Shown here: piece after piece, positions 23,101 through 36,557 of the stretch
How positions within the stretch are numbered: position 1 is the first letter of the stretch
How the letters are laid out: each line of letters opens with the position of its first letter
Assembly (NCBI GenBank): GCA_030704615.1
Contig: CM060731.1
Span: 80,910,001 to 80,974,000 of the forward strand
DNA: 64,000 bases
Source of the DNA: Takakia lepidozioides
Taxonomy: Eukaryota > Plantae > Bryophyta
Direction: 5' to 3'
Position numbers and translations under genes: made by a program
The notes under the pieces: model-generated
Told to the model about the DNA's origin: nothing
What the model saw: the letters and a program-made list of their open reading frames with translations, nothing else
Database searches by the model: none

Positions 23101-26100
23101 TCTGTATGAGGCGCTTGAAGGTCTTCAACCTGCGAGGGTGTTGGCGACGTCATCTGCGATGCATGGTGGGACAACTGCGATAAATTGAAGGCATCAACGT
23201 CGATGTGGGAAAGGTGAGGGGCATATGGTGACACTCGTCGCTCATGTAGTTCATGTCTTCTCGCCAACAACACCTTGTTTGCTCGCAAGACCTCCTCCAT
23301 GGCATTTTGAACTCCAACATCAGCTGCCTCAGCCTCACCTATCACGGAGACAAGCACTTGTGTCTTAGCTTTGACCCTTGTGATCCCCTTCAGGATCCCC
23401 GATCCCCAATTGTAAAGTCTGCTCCCCCATTTATCTATTCCAATTGTGATCTTCACAATGACAGCATCTTGGAGAGGCAAAATATGCACTTACTCCAAAG
23501 ATGCATGTAGCATCCCAAATCAATGTGCTCCTGCCTAAACAATAATAGATCCTCCCAGGCCCTAGCTGCACGTCGTAGGCCTTCGGCATCGTTGCCCTTG
23601 CACCACAAAAGTTGAAAGTGGGTCGTTTCCGTTGCTGCAAATTCATGAAATGCTCGGGCACGCACCATGCAAAGAAGTGCTCGGCAGGAGTCGACGATCT
23701 GCATTTTGTCATGCATTGTACCATATCTAAGCTGTCCCTCTGCCAGGACCACTTCTTTCAACATACTTTCCTGATTCTGAAAATTCCCAAACGTCCGCCA
23801 ACCTCAATGCAAGAAGAGTCCAAATCCATGATAGGGCAGTTTGTGAGCAGTCTGCGGTGCAAAAAGCATCATGATATGACTGGGGCAGATGCCATGCCTT
23901 AAATTGGGCAAATGATACAAGTGTGAAACAGGGGGTCGAGGGTCCATGGTAGAAAAAACTTCCCTCTCAACCTCTCCACAAAGTGAGTAACCTGCTTCAC
24001 GAACTCGGTAACGGGCCAGGGTTTTAGTGGCAACTCAACCTCGTCCCAACCATCCACCATGTTCAACCAAGGACAACCCTCCCCATCAATGACATGCATA
24101 TTCAACCTAATCTTATCCTTCATGAGCCGCCACAAAACTTGCATTTATAGGGATTTCTTTGTTTCGCGCCATCACGAACTCTGAGGTCCGCCTCTGCCTC
24201 CACTATCATCTCCTCCCACTCAGTTGGCGTATACCAGAAAGGAACCTCAGGGTGAATGCAGGGTTGACTGGACCAAAATGGACGTTACCGGCACAGTTTT
24301 AGATGACTGCAATTGATGGTGTCATCAATTGAATTTGAATTAACTCATTAAAACCAGCAAATATATATGTCATTGGATTTCTAGCTTCAATACGCACCCA
24401 TAGCAACTCTCCAATCATGAATCCGATAAGAAATGACTCCGCTATGGACTTTTGAACACTGTCATTGTGGACTATTACCGCAGTGAATGGAATTACAATG
24501 GATTCAAGCTCTCCTATGTGCCATTGGTGAATTCCATTGAAATTTGGACTTAAGGTGGCCATTTTGTTCCACATCATAGGTATGGATTTGAAGTGGGAAA
24601 ATCATTTGTCATTTGTATATGGACTAATATATGTAAAAAAAATAGGCGTTTTTTGAAAACATTTTGTTTTTTAGATTTTGGGTATCAGTTTTTTTCTAGA
24701 AGTATAAAAACCTATAATCCTCAATGGCTAGGTGGTATATTGAATTTTTTTTGTAAACTCTAATTTTTAATTTTTCATAATTTCTCTAAATAATAGACTA
24801 AAATGTTTAATGAATTATATCCTTAATATTTGGGGTATGACTCTTTACTAAATATGTTCAGTATACCATTATCTATCATTAAGGTTTTTTTTTTTTGGAT
24901 AGTATCATCAACTTTTGTTTTTGGTCATGGACTTTCATGGAGCTGGATTTGCCGTTTTGGGTCCACTCAACCCTGCAACTGCCCCTCATCCCTTTTTTTA
25001 GGCTTGTGCCAAAAAACCAGCATACCATCCTCGGGGGGAACATCCTTAGGCCTAGTCTTGGCCATCAGCAACGAGCACACAACGCCGAAATACAAAAAAG
25101 AAAAAGCAAGGAACAGAAGCCAGAGAAAACAAGGAAGAGCACACGGATTGCAACGAACAAAAGGAAAACACAACGCATACACAGCAAAGAGGATATGAGT
25201 AGAGTAGTTGAAAAACCACAACGAAGAGCCGCCACCGAAGTGTCGCTTCGCGAGGAAGACATTCCGCACGTGCAGTGTACCTAGGGGGAGCGGGCACGTG
25301 GGGGAGCAGGGGATCAGTCGATGGACAACACCAGACTGGGGATCACTGATGTCGACACATGGGGAGATTTGGGCGGTCATAAGGGGGAGCAGGCATGGGG
25401 AGATGTGAAGGGGGAGCGAACCCCTAGGCAGTGTTAGAACATGGGGATCAAAGTAGGGGGACCAGACACGTGGGGGGATGTTAGTAGAGGGGAGCAGACA
25501 TGTGCGGAGAGTACTGGATGTGACATGCATGGCGATTCTGTGGTCAGGGAGGTGACATGTGGGCAACGAAGACAGGGGGAGCGGCGAGGGGGACCAGATA
25601 GTGGGGGAGCATAAACTCGGGAGGGATTGGATGTTTGGGGTTTTGCAAGTGAGGGATTTAGGGAGGGAGACAACTCATAAGAGGAAAGGGACCAAAACTG
25701 CAGGGGCATGGAACATGAGAAGAGACCGTTGTGTAGGACGAGTAAAACACCATGCTAGGTCGAAAAAGAAATCCCTAAAAGTGCATGCATTATGAGCTGG
25801 CCGGTATACAACCATCTTGGACTATGCAACCTCCATCAATCCTATTCAGCTGCTCCATATGCAACCATGTTCGATTCTGCAGCACACAGATGTTTACATG
25901 TCAATCTAGCAAGGTAAGTAGTATGAAAAAACAAACATGAAGTTGAGGCTGAAGTTTAATATGCGAAAGCTACTATAGTTACAGATCCTCATCCCCCACA
26001 TGGGATTTGGTGCAGCCTACGCCCCTCATCTGCTTTAGCTTTCAAAACAACAAATGTTCAACAAACAAGAAAGAAGAAAACAAGAAAGAACAACAAAAGA

Positions 26101-27360
26101 AGAACAAGAAGAAGAAGAAGAGAAGAAGAAAACCCCCTGTACGCATTGTATGCAAGACGTTTGTCGAAAAAGAATCACAAACGCCGTAGAGCATACACGA
26201 TTGAGGCCCTGGCAGATCATCCCAAACCCGTCGAAGCAGGAGCACGAACAAGCACCACAGCTGGAAACCCTCAACCACGGAGATGGAGAACCTACCTCCA
26301 CGACGAAGTGAATAACACATGCAGGTCCACGTGGTGCGATACCCACCGTTGGAAATGGAAGGGATTGGGGGATCGGTCGAAGGAGGATCAAAGCACAAGA
26401 TCGGCGGCAAGACCAGGGATGGGGATGGACGACCAGGGGAGCGCCACGTAGTGGACCATCGCACAAAACTATCGGACGGCAGGGGGACGACCACATCACG
26501 TTGAAGAGGGCCAAGGGGGATCAGTCCTCGGGGCATTGGGGGTGCCGCCACGTGGTCGAGGGGGATGGACGGCGCGGCAACGGGGGAGGATCGACGACGA
26601 GGACCGCGACGTGGCCCACGGTCATGGAGGGCACCATGGAGCAGCACGTGGCGGAAAATGTGGGAGGGGGATCAGTCCCCAAATTGGAGGAGGGGATCAA
26701 CCGAGGCGGGGGGAGCGACAGCGCAGGGAATCCGCCGTCCATGGTCGAAGGCCCGGGGGACCACGCCGGGCTCGGGGATCAGGCCTTTAACCGTGGAGGG
26801 ATCGACGGCGGAGGGGATTGCAATGTGGCGGCGTGTCACTGTGAGTTCACGGCAATGGTTTTAGGTAAGATTGATGGGCAGGGGATCAACGGTTCGAGGA
26901 GCACCACGTGATGCACGATTGGGAGTGGGGGATCACTCCCGCCCTGGACGGGGATCAACCCAGTTGCGGGGAACGACTCTAATGGGATGAGGGGATCGAC
27001 GGCGAGGGGAGCACCACGTGGCGGTGGACGTGTCATCGGGCCTTCATCCGGCCGTCGTCCATCCATTGCGTGGGAGGATGGCAGGAGGATGAGGGGCGGA
27101 TTACCCAGAACATCCATTGTTTTTGGGTTGGATGGATGCGCATGGTTCGGGGGGAGCAGCACGTGGCGGGCGATTAGGGGTGGGAGATCACTCCCGGTCC
27201 GGAGTGGGGATCAAGCCAGGTCGGGGGGAGCGGCGACGTCTCAGGGGATCGCGCGGTGGACAATATGGACCCGCTTGATTTTATTGCAAGCATGTGAGCT
27301 GACACGACGAGCGGCGAGCAGCGGGGCCGCGAGCAGGGTCAACAGTGGCCATTATCGAAC
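20183..27360 (-). mobile_element. CACTA/EnSpm-related segment carrying a degenerate Ulp1-domain gene and a GC-rich repeat array
   Basis: CACTACAAACACCAAATC at 20183 (compare CACTACGCCAAATC at 42023); ACGACTC/GAGTCGT repeats at ~20690; broken minus ORFs 20734..25044; 27160..27250 homologous to 48160..48250. Confidence 0.55.
20734..21332 (-). pseudogene. Ulp1-like (peptidase C48) domain, frameshifted
   Basis: TWFIPLCSGYVH...; FVHLNSM...; VPQQPSGWECDYF matches the QQxxGxxC catalytic motif. Confidence 0.7.
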
Positions 27361-27767
27361 GTAATCGGAATGGGGAGTATTCCTGGGGTTTGTAGCCCCA
27401 GATGTCGCTATATCAGAGCTACGATAGCCAAAGAAGACTTGCCATGTGGTGCAATATGGCAAACTCTCCTGACAAGTGAATGGTGAAACCTGTAAAACGT
27501 TGGGTGGAAGCTATATATATATAGATATAGACGCCTCCCGAAGGGAGCGTAAATTATGGTGTCTCTTCACCACAAGGGCTACTGCCTTCCAGCTCAAAGG
27601 TGGACACCTTCATGACACACCAGACCGTGGTTTCCCACAACCACATCCAACGTGGTGTGTGCCCATTATCACTGGGCTACATGTATGCTGGTTGTTTGGG
27701 TGGAAGCTATTAATAGGACCCCATGTCCGATTACGTAGTCTTGCTAGAGCTTTCACTTAAGGTACTC

Positions 27768-27952
27768 ACCAACAGTTGGTAGCTCAGTTGAATAGTGCAC
27801 TTAGTGCCACCCAGATGTGTCTCAGGTCAAATCCTGCTACCTTATTGGCTATGGTATGTTCTTCTCCCCCTTACCTTGGGCGGTGTCCCATGTGAAAGCC
27901 TTCACGGCAAGGTTACTTTGAAAGAGGTTATTTTTTCCACACACTATAATTA
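27768..27952 (+). mobile_element. tRNA-derived SINE, 5' and body part; 3' part at 28356..28404
   Basis: A box TAGCTCAGTTG and B box GGTCAAATCC; aligns with the full copy at 48991..49208. Confidence 0.75.
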
Positions 27953-29593
27953 GCCTCTCATTTTAGATTAATTGGGTCTTTAAGTCTCACGTGTGCATCA
28001 GGCAGCACACGGACGCACGAACATCGGGTCGCCCGCGACCACCCGGTGGGTCTGCTCGCGGCTCCGGGTGGCATCCAACAGCGGGTCTGGGTATAATGTA
28101 AGGTCTGCTTGCGCAGAATGGCCCGCCCTCGGGACTCATAAACTTTTCTAGGGAAACTCGCCCGTAAAAAAAATCATCATTAATACAATGCAGCGCCAAT
28201 TGGATTTGAACCCGCAACCTCATGGTCACCATCCAAAGCGCCCACCACACTATTTGTTATTTGCTACTACCTCATCAAATTTTTTATGACTTATACTGAA
28301 AAGGGGAGTTGTCAGCCCCAACGTGGCCTAGGAGGAGGGTGGACCCTACCTAAGCCTATAATTAAGGGGCCTGATTTGTGAGCTGTCGCTCCCAAGTGTT
28401 TCCCTTTGGAGTGCATGACTGCCCTTCTAATCTGCCCTAGTCCCATACACAAGTAGGGTTGAGAGACAATCTCTATTCTCCCATACCATGTCTAGAGTGC
28501 ATTAAGATTAGGGAGCAACCATATGAGTCACGACCAATGACCCGATGGCAAATCAAACAATTGCTGCAAGTACTAGGGAGTAATTTCTATATCTACTCCC
28601 CTCACCTGGGTAACACCCGTCCGAGGCTCAAAGTTCTGAAGAAATTGAATCATATACTGCCGATGATGCAAGGACCAGTCCTTGCATAGCAGCCCCTCCA
28701 ATCACAACTCCCTCAGAGCTGCACTGCTTGCGGTGCAACAATTGTTTGCTTCTGCAGAATCGTGGTGCTCTTCACCCTGATATCCTCCATTCCCCTCACT
28801 CTCTTCATTCTAGACAAACAAAAATGCCTTGTTTGAAACAGTTGAAGAAAAGCTTGCAGGGCACAGAGCATAAAGGTATGGTTGGCACAGAATGGAACGG
28901 GTAAGTGCGTATAAGCCTGTGGGGCTTGCAAGTATCGAGTGAGAGAGAATGTACTCTCAACCCGTCCATCCTTGTGCCACTGTGTGAGAAGTAAGGCGAG
29001 CGTGTAATCCGTTATATCCGCCATAGCTACAAAGCTATAGCTTTGATTGCCTCTCCTGCCGAGACGCTGGTTATTCGGAGCCACCCTGACTCTCGCGCTC
29101 ATAACCCTGCTAATTTCTTGCTCTTGTTTCTTGGAGGAAACCACCTGCATGTAATTCTCGCTTGTGATTGGCTGTTGCCTCCTTGGGTAACTTCTTAATT
29201 TAACTCCCCTCAGTGGACTTTCCCCCCTGGAATGTCCACTAGGATAGCACATGCGGCAAAGATCCCCCTTTTCTGTACTCGTAAAGTGTTCCGTTACCCT
29301 TGCCCTGAATGCATTAATCCACAAATAGTTTGGGTTGATGTACCGGGTAGGTTTTGACGGCCCAATTTGTCTTCTTGCATGATGACACCCGCTTTTGCAA
29401 TATATGCACTGCGGTGTGCTTCGCCCTGGCGACCACGTGTTCGTTTCTAGACCTGCCTCCGTCTTTCCCTGTCCGCGTGACACCTTCTCCGAGTTTGACT
29501 TCCAAGCTGTCTTTTCACCCGCCGGCCACTTTCTGGACGTTAACCCACGTCCACCTGTCACTGACCCTATGGACTGTGTAACCCGCGTGGGCG

Positions 29594-29730
29594 GTGTTGG
29601 GCTGTGACAGGCTGTGTCAAACTATGACGACCTGTGATAGGTTGTGTGACACTGTGGTGGGCTGTGATAGGCTGTGTCACACTGTGATGGGTTGTGATAG
29701 GCTGTGTGGCACTGTGGTGGGCTGTGATAG
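29594..29730 (-). repeat. 30-bp-period (3x10) CACAG minisatellite in the retroelement 3' region
   Basis: gtgggctgtgataggctgtgtcacactgtg repeated about 4 times. Confidence 0.85.
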
Positions 29731-32700
29731 CTATGCGAACACCTGTACTTCCCGCCCTGGTCATACACGCTCGGCTTAGCGACAAGTGCTCTACTCCGTT
29801 GGTATCACCGGCGCAACCCGTGACTGTTTTTGTGTTTCAACATGCAAATCGTGCTACAATGGTTTGTCATGGATACCACTGTATCCCTTCAACTTATTGG
29901 CATTGACTCTTCCCAGCATTTCTTTGTTAATGGTTTGCAACATGACGGTGTTATTATCATACATCTTCTGTATAACATAAGGTCATTTCCATGATGATTT
30001 AAGCTTAGAAGCTTTAATCTTCCCCTTCTTATGCAACCACATAACCAAATCTCCCGTCTTAAAAGTCTTTAATTTACCTTCATTAAACTGATCCTTCCTC
30101 TTCATCTGAATTCTGGTCATGTTATCAAGTGCATCAGCACGTACTTCTTCCACATGGTATAATTCATGTTTCCTGACCTTAATTGAATCTTCCAATTCCA
30201 TTCTCCTTCCCCATTCAGTTCTCATGGTAGGTAACAAGAATTCCACTTGAAATAAAGCTTCCATACCATAAACTAATCGGAATGGTGTATACTTAGTGGT
30301 GACTTTATATGAAGTCTTGTATGACCACAAAGCTGTCAGCAGCTTTGTATCCCAATCTGTTCTGTTTGCATTGACTATCTTAGCCAAGATAGTACATAGT
30401 ATTTTGTTGGTAGCTTTTGCCTGCCCATTACCCTGTGGGTAATAAGTTGAACTCTTTCGTCAATAGTTCTATGGTCTCATTAATGAAGTGACTTCCCTGG
30501 TCACTGATAAATTCCAGGGGACAGCCAAATCGTGTAAGTATGTTCTCATACAGGAACCTTGTTGTGGACTTAGTTGTGTTGTCCCTCAGAGCTTTAGCTT
30601 CCACCCACTTTGTAGTATAATCAGTGGCTGTGATTATATACTTGTTCTGTGTATTCTTGGCTGGTGGGTTAATTGGTCCAACAAAGTCTAGTCCCCATTT
30701 CTGAAATGGTTCAGTAGGCATCGTAGGATGCAAAGCCATCTTCCCATATCTCTGCAATGGTCCTAGCCTCTGACACTCATCACAACTCTTACAATACTTG
30801 TGTACATCCTTGAACAAAGTAGGCCACCAGTAACCTGCAAGTAGTATCTTTCTACTGGTAGTTTCTTCTCCAAAATGACCTCCAGCCACTCCTTTATGAA
30901 CTTCCTTCAAAACTTTATTTACTTCATGGTGGTACACGCATCGTTTAAGTACTCCATCAGGTCCTAGCTTATACATTCTGTCCCCTACCATAGTATAAAG
31001 TAAAGCCTTGATAGCGATTCTCTTCCTCTGCTCCTTTCCATAACTAGGTGGGCACTGACCGTGAGTAAGGTAGTATCTGATTGGCCACTGCCAATCTAAA
31101 CCATCATCTGCACTTCCCTGCACCTCCATTGCAAATAAACTCGCATCAGGTAATTGGTCGTCTACTCCTGTGGCGGGCTCTCCTGTTGATAGGCTTGACA
31201 AGTGATCTGCCACAAGATGCAAACGGCCAAGCTTGTAAACAACTTCGAACTCAAACTCGTGCAAGATTATTAACCACCTTGCTATCCTTCCACTTATCAA
31301 AGGTTTTGTTCACCAGATATCAGAGCCCCGGTGATCCACATAAAACATAAACTTCCTTCCCAATAGGTAATGCCTGAATTTCTTGACTGCATAAATCATT
31401 GCCAGTGCTTCTCTTTCAGTTGTGCTATAGTTCCTTTCAGCACTGTTCATCAACCTGCTAGCATAGTACACAGGTGAATATATATTTCTGTAACATTTTG
31501 GGCTAACACTGCTCCCAACGCTTCTCTGAGGCATCACAGTGAACATGAAATACTACATGCCAGTGAGGGTTAATCAGCACAAGTGTAGTTGTTACTGACA
31601 ATGTAAGTTCCTCAAAAGCCTGTTGACATTCAGCTGTCCATGCAAACACTGCATCTTTCTTCAGAAGCTTGCTCAATGGTGCTGCTATCTGTGCATACCG
31701 TCTGACAAATCTTCTGTAATAACTGGTTTGTCCAAGGAATCTCTTAGACTCTTAATTTACTGGTGGTGGAGAGGCTTTAATGGCCTCTGTCTTTCTGGGA
31801 TCCACAAGAAGTCCCCTCTTACACACAATGTGTCCCAAAAGCACCCCTGAGTTCACACAGAAAGTACACTTCTCTGGATTCAGGCCCAGACCTCTCATCC
31901 TGCATCTGGCCAAACATAACTCCAATTTATGCAAGTGCTCATTCTTAGAGCTGTACACACTGAAATCATCCAAGAACACCTGCATGAAATCATCCAGATA
32001 CTCATGAAAAGATTCACTTATCACTCTCTGAAAGGTTGCTGGTGCATTACAAAGTCCAAAAGGCATGACTTTGTATGCATAAACACCCCAGTCTGTGATG
32101 AAAGTTGTCTTTCCCTGGTCTTCTTCTGCCACTTGCACTTGATTATAACCACTGAAGCCATCCATGAATGAGTACATCTCATGGCCTGCCACAGTGTCCA
32201 ATACGGCTTCTGTGAATGGCAAAGGGAAAGGATCTTTCTTCGTACAAGCATTTAACTTCTTATAGTTCACACAAACTCTCAGTTTACCATTCTTCTTGGG
32301 AACTATCACAATGGGTGACAACCAAGTTGTATACTCTATCGGGTATATAAACTTAGCCTCAGCCAACTTCTTGATCTCTTCTCCAACCTTCTGTGCATAG
32401 TTGGGATTCATTCTGTACCTTGCTTGTTTGATTGGTACTGACCCTGGTTCCAGTTCAATCTTATGCTGACAGATCTCAGGTGGTATCCCTTTCAGATCCT
32501 TGTAGCTCCAAGCAATACATCTCTGTATTTGATGAACAAACTCTTAGCTTCCTCAAAGAATTATGGCTCAAATCAGCCCCTACCTTCACCATCCTCGGTT
32601 CCCCTTTAGTTCCCACACTTCTCTCACCTGCTCATCAGCTGTGATTGTCCAACCAGTCACCACTTCATCCTGTAAACTCACAGTGGCTGGTTCCTCTAGG

Positions 32701-35700
32701 ATTTCCATTTCTCCCTCTCTTTCTTCATAGAAATGTGGTGGGTAACTGCTTGTTTCACCCTCAATTGGTGTTGCTGTCACTACACCACAGCAGATACCTT
32801 TTAAACAACTTAGGCCTTCAAGTTGCATCTCTGCAACCTGCTCCCACTTTGGGTGTGCAGCGAACAGGGTAGCTTCCTGCTCCTCATCAAGTCCTCCCCT
32901 CCAGTCATACTCCCTGACCCCTCGAGGTCTTCTCGTAGCAGGTAATCTACTAGATTTCTTAGTGGTGATTTGTATCTTGTGCATCCCATCATGCACAGTT
33001 AGTAACTGGGAATTCCAGTCATGGAATACCCTGGCCTGTTTCAGCCACGGTCGACCCAGCAATAAGGAGTAAGCTTCCATGACTTCATCCATTTTCAACA
33101 CAGTTACTGTGATCTTAAAGATCATCTTTTGAATCTGTATCTTAACTCCTCTTATCAATCCCAATGGCTGAACACTTCTTTGATCTGCCATTGTTACTGT
33201 AAATGGGGCTGGTTTCATGTTACTTAGACCAAGCTTCTGCCTTAATTGGTCTGTCATGATATTCACTCCAGAGCCTCCATCTATCAGTACATCAGTTAGT
33301 TCTGTGCTTCAATTCTCAATTGGATTACTGGCATAGAATCAGTCTATGACTGTTTCTCGCCCTTCCGGCTTCACATTATAACTGGTCACCTTGCTGTTCA
33401 GGTCTGTGTTCCCTGTCACATGGGCAATCCAATTGATTGCTTGATACAGCCTGTGTCTACAATAAGGTGCCACAGCCAATAGCTATCCAATGGTAATCTC
33501 CGCTTTGGACTGGCATATTACTTCAGCCAAAGTCCCTTCATTACTCTGCATTTCTGCAGCTTCTTTCTTCCCTTCATCCTCACTCACTTCCTCTTCTCTT
33601 TCAATAAGAGGAATCTGCCATAGGAATATCAGTACTCTTCTGCATTTCCCTTATGGTATCTGCCACTTCCTTGTGCAGTTCCTTCTCATCTCTCCAAGCC
33701 TCATCATCTTCAGGCACATCACTTCCATCTTCATTATCATCACCTTCCTCATCTACTGGAGGTATTATTTTGGCTTTGCTTCTGGTTACTATCATTGTAC
33801 TTACTTCTGGTACAACACATGGCCTACCATGTGAGCTGCCACCACTGGCCCCTCATTCACAGGAGCTCTCATCTCATTCTGGTGTCTGATCCAGAATGGA
33901 CAGGCTGCCTTGCGATGTCCTGCCTGATTACAATAGTAACATAGTTCTTCCCCATTAGGTCCTCGCCCTTGGTCTGTTCTGGGATTGTTTCTGTAATCCT
34001 GATTCCCTGGCTGGTAATTCCCCCTTGGATTACCCTGATAGTTGCCTCTGGAATTTCCTTGGTAATTCCCTCTTGGATTACCTCTCCCTTCCATGCCATT
34101 GTTATACCACCAGGCCTACCATAGTGGTCCTGATCACTTTTTCTTGGCTGGGGCTGCATTGATGCACCCTTACTTGCCTAGGTTCTCTTGCTGCTGTCCT
34201 TCTGTTGTAGTAACAATTCTCAGTAGAATGGTTATCCATTTTACAGATAGTACAGTGTTTCTCCTTCATGTGGCATTCAATGGTGGTATGGCCTTCATTC
34301 TGGCATTTTGCACACCAAACACCCTTCCTCCAATGTGTTCAGCCTCTGTGGCATATATTCTTCCTTCTCCACTCTCTCGTTTTTCCTTCCTCTTACTCTT
34401 CCTCTTAAGCTCTTCTCTTCTTCCTCATCTGACTCATCCTCAGAGTCCTCATCATCCTTTTCTCTCTCCTGAGCATTCCCAATTGCTCAATTTTGTTCGC
34501 TGTTTCAAATGCCTCCTCCACTGTATTATGGGGTAACATATCCACTTTCTTTTGCAACTCTGGTCTTAGTCCACTCACAAACCAAGTCTTCTGTAAACCT
34601 GGTGCTGGTACAGCAGCCAGCTTTTTCATCATCAATTCCATCTTTTTCCATATACTCCTCAACAGTTTCATGCTTCTTTTGCTTTAACTGTTGTAAACTT
34701 CCATACACTTCATCCTCTTTTACTTGTCTGAACCTATTTTGGAATGTTGTATTCAAGCCATTCCAGGTTAGGAAATGATTATCAGGGAATCTTGCATACC
34801 ATTCACTTGCTTTCTTTAAAGTGAACAAGGAACAATCTCATCTTGGCATCATCGCCATTCTCATTGTTCACAATACACATGTGCTCAAATTGGCTAATGT
34901 GTACATCAGGATCCCTTTTCCTGAATATATTGGAAAAGTGGTTTTGCCCGTGTTGGTTGTAACGCCATCTGTGGCCCTACGCCCTGCCCACTGACAGGTG
35001 CTAGCTCCCTTGCTGGTGCTGGTCCTTGAGGACCTGTGGTAGTTGTGGTGGAACTTCCACCAAGTGATGGCCCCTGAGCACTCCTGCTACTGGCCCCACT
35101 ATATTCACAGTATTCCCAGCTCTAGTTGCACTACTTCCACACTCTCTGTCCCCCAGAGCCAGATCCAGGCTGCCCGCCTGATCCCCTGAGCCGACACCTT
35201 CGTTGGCCTGTGATCCAAGTGCTCCACTTGATCCAGGTCCAACGGGTTGGGATGTCCTGGTTGTAGTCTCAACCTCAGCTGTTGGGTCTACTTTTTTATA
35301 CTTTTCCTCTTCCAATTTCTTTTCATCTTCCAAGTTCTGCCCTTGGGTTTCTTCTTCTTCACTCATGTAACTCAATTGCAATGGTGTTGGAGAGTCTGAA
35401 CTCTCCGTTGGCTCTGCCACATCCTCTCCTCCTTCTTCATCTTCTGTTTCAGAAACTGGAGTTCCTGCTTTTGGTGTCCCATGCCAACTCTTATCAAAGA
35501 TTTCTGTCAAATCTTTTATCCAGGGATGTACCTCAGATCTTTCACCTCGTGGTTGATCTTCTTCCTGTACCAATTCCCTTAATCTTTCTTGCAAAGAAAA
35601 AGAAGGAGTGACATCCAACTCTAGTTCTTCCGGTATGGGTGATGTACTCTTTGATCTTAATGGTGTGAGAGGTCCAGATGATTCCCCTATGTCTATTCTC

Positions 35701-35804
35701 TCTCCCCTATGGATAATTAGCTTTCAGATTAACTTTCTCTTTTTTGCTGAATATCTGGAGTCTAGCTTCTCTTTCATCACTCATGTCCCATGTCTTTCAT
35801 TTCT

Positions 35805-36500
35805 TTAATGTGGCAATAACCAAAACTCTCTTCTGTAGTATCTCTCGTATATGCCTGGGTTTCTTTCAAACTTCAATGCACCCTTGGCTATACTAGAAGT
35901 TTCCGTTACCATATAACCATATGGCAAACAAGTCTGAAAAGCTGTTATTGGTGTGAGTTTGATCCACAAAATATCCTTTGGAATCCAATTCTTTATCAGT
36001 ACAAGCTCCTCATGCATATGAGTATAAACATTCACCTTCATTTCCTCCCAGCCTTCAAACTCTACTCGCTTAATGGATAGCAATGCTATCACATAAACCA
36101 GTGTTGGTAACCAATGTGCTCTTCCTCTACAGGCCACCTGATAAATCTTTATCACTTCTTTTTCCAGACCCCACTCAGGGTCAGCATCATGCACTCTCTT
36201 AAGAATGTTTTCTTTACAACCGTTTGACAATTCCAAGAACCTCTGAAAGAATTGTTTGGACAATCTTTCCTTCTCAGTTCCACAAGGAATTTGATTCACA
36301 TCAAATTCTTTAATTCTCCAACCACCATGATCCCACCAGATGCCTGTCACATCTGGTTGTTCATGACCCAGTTCCCCAGTATGGTCGCCAAATATCGAGT
36401 GGCTTTTACTCAGCCATCCCTTCGCTATCCGAGGTGGAAACTCCAAGATAGAAGAGTTGGATATATCTAAGCACTCAGCCCGCTCAGAACAATCAGTCAT
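35805..36500 (-). CDS. Intact 231-aa additional ORF between LTR and gag; unknown function
   Basis: ATG-to-stop open frame, conserved with the 15818..16512 copy; its stop lies 20 nt before the gag ATG (35784). Confidence 0.7.
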   Translation of the reverse strand: MTDCSERAECLDISNSSILEFPPRIAKGWLSKSHSIFGDHTGELGHEQPDVTGIWWDHGGWRIKEFDVNQIPCGTEKERLSKQFFQRFLELSNGCKENILKRVHDADPEWGLEKEVIKIYQVACRGRAHWLPTLVYVIALLSIKRVEFEGWEEMKVNVYTHMHEELVLIKNWIPKDILWIKLTPITAFQTCLPYGYMVTETSSIAKGALKFERNPGIYERYYRREFWLLPH

Positions 36501-36557
36501 GACCTGCAGCTAGTGAATCATGGTTGTGCTTCCTATTTGTATTCCTTCTTGCCTTCA

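Noticed and set aside
24967-27364. Many overlapping Pro/Gly/Arg-rich ORFs (also 48144..48770)
   Set aside because: Result from GC-rich, stop-poor transposon repeat arrays; no domain signal.
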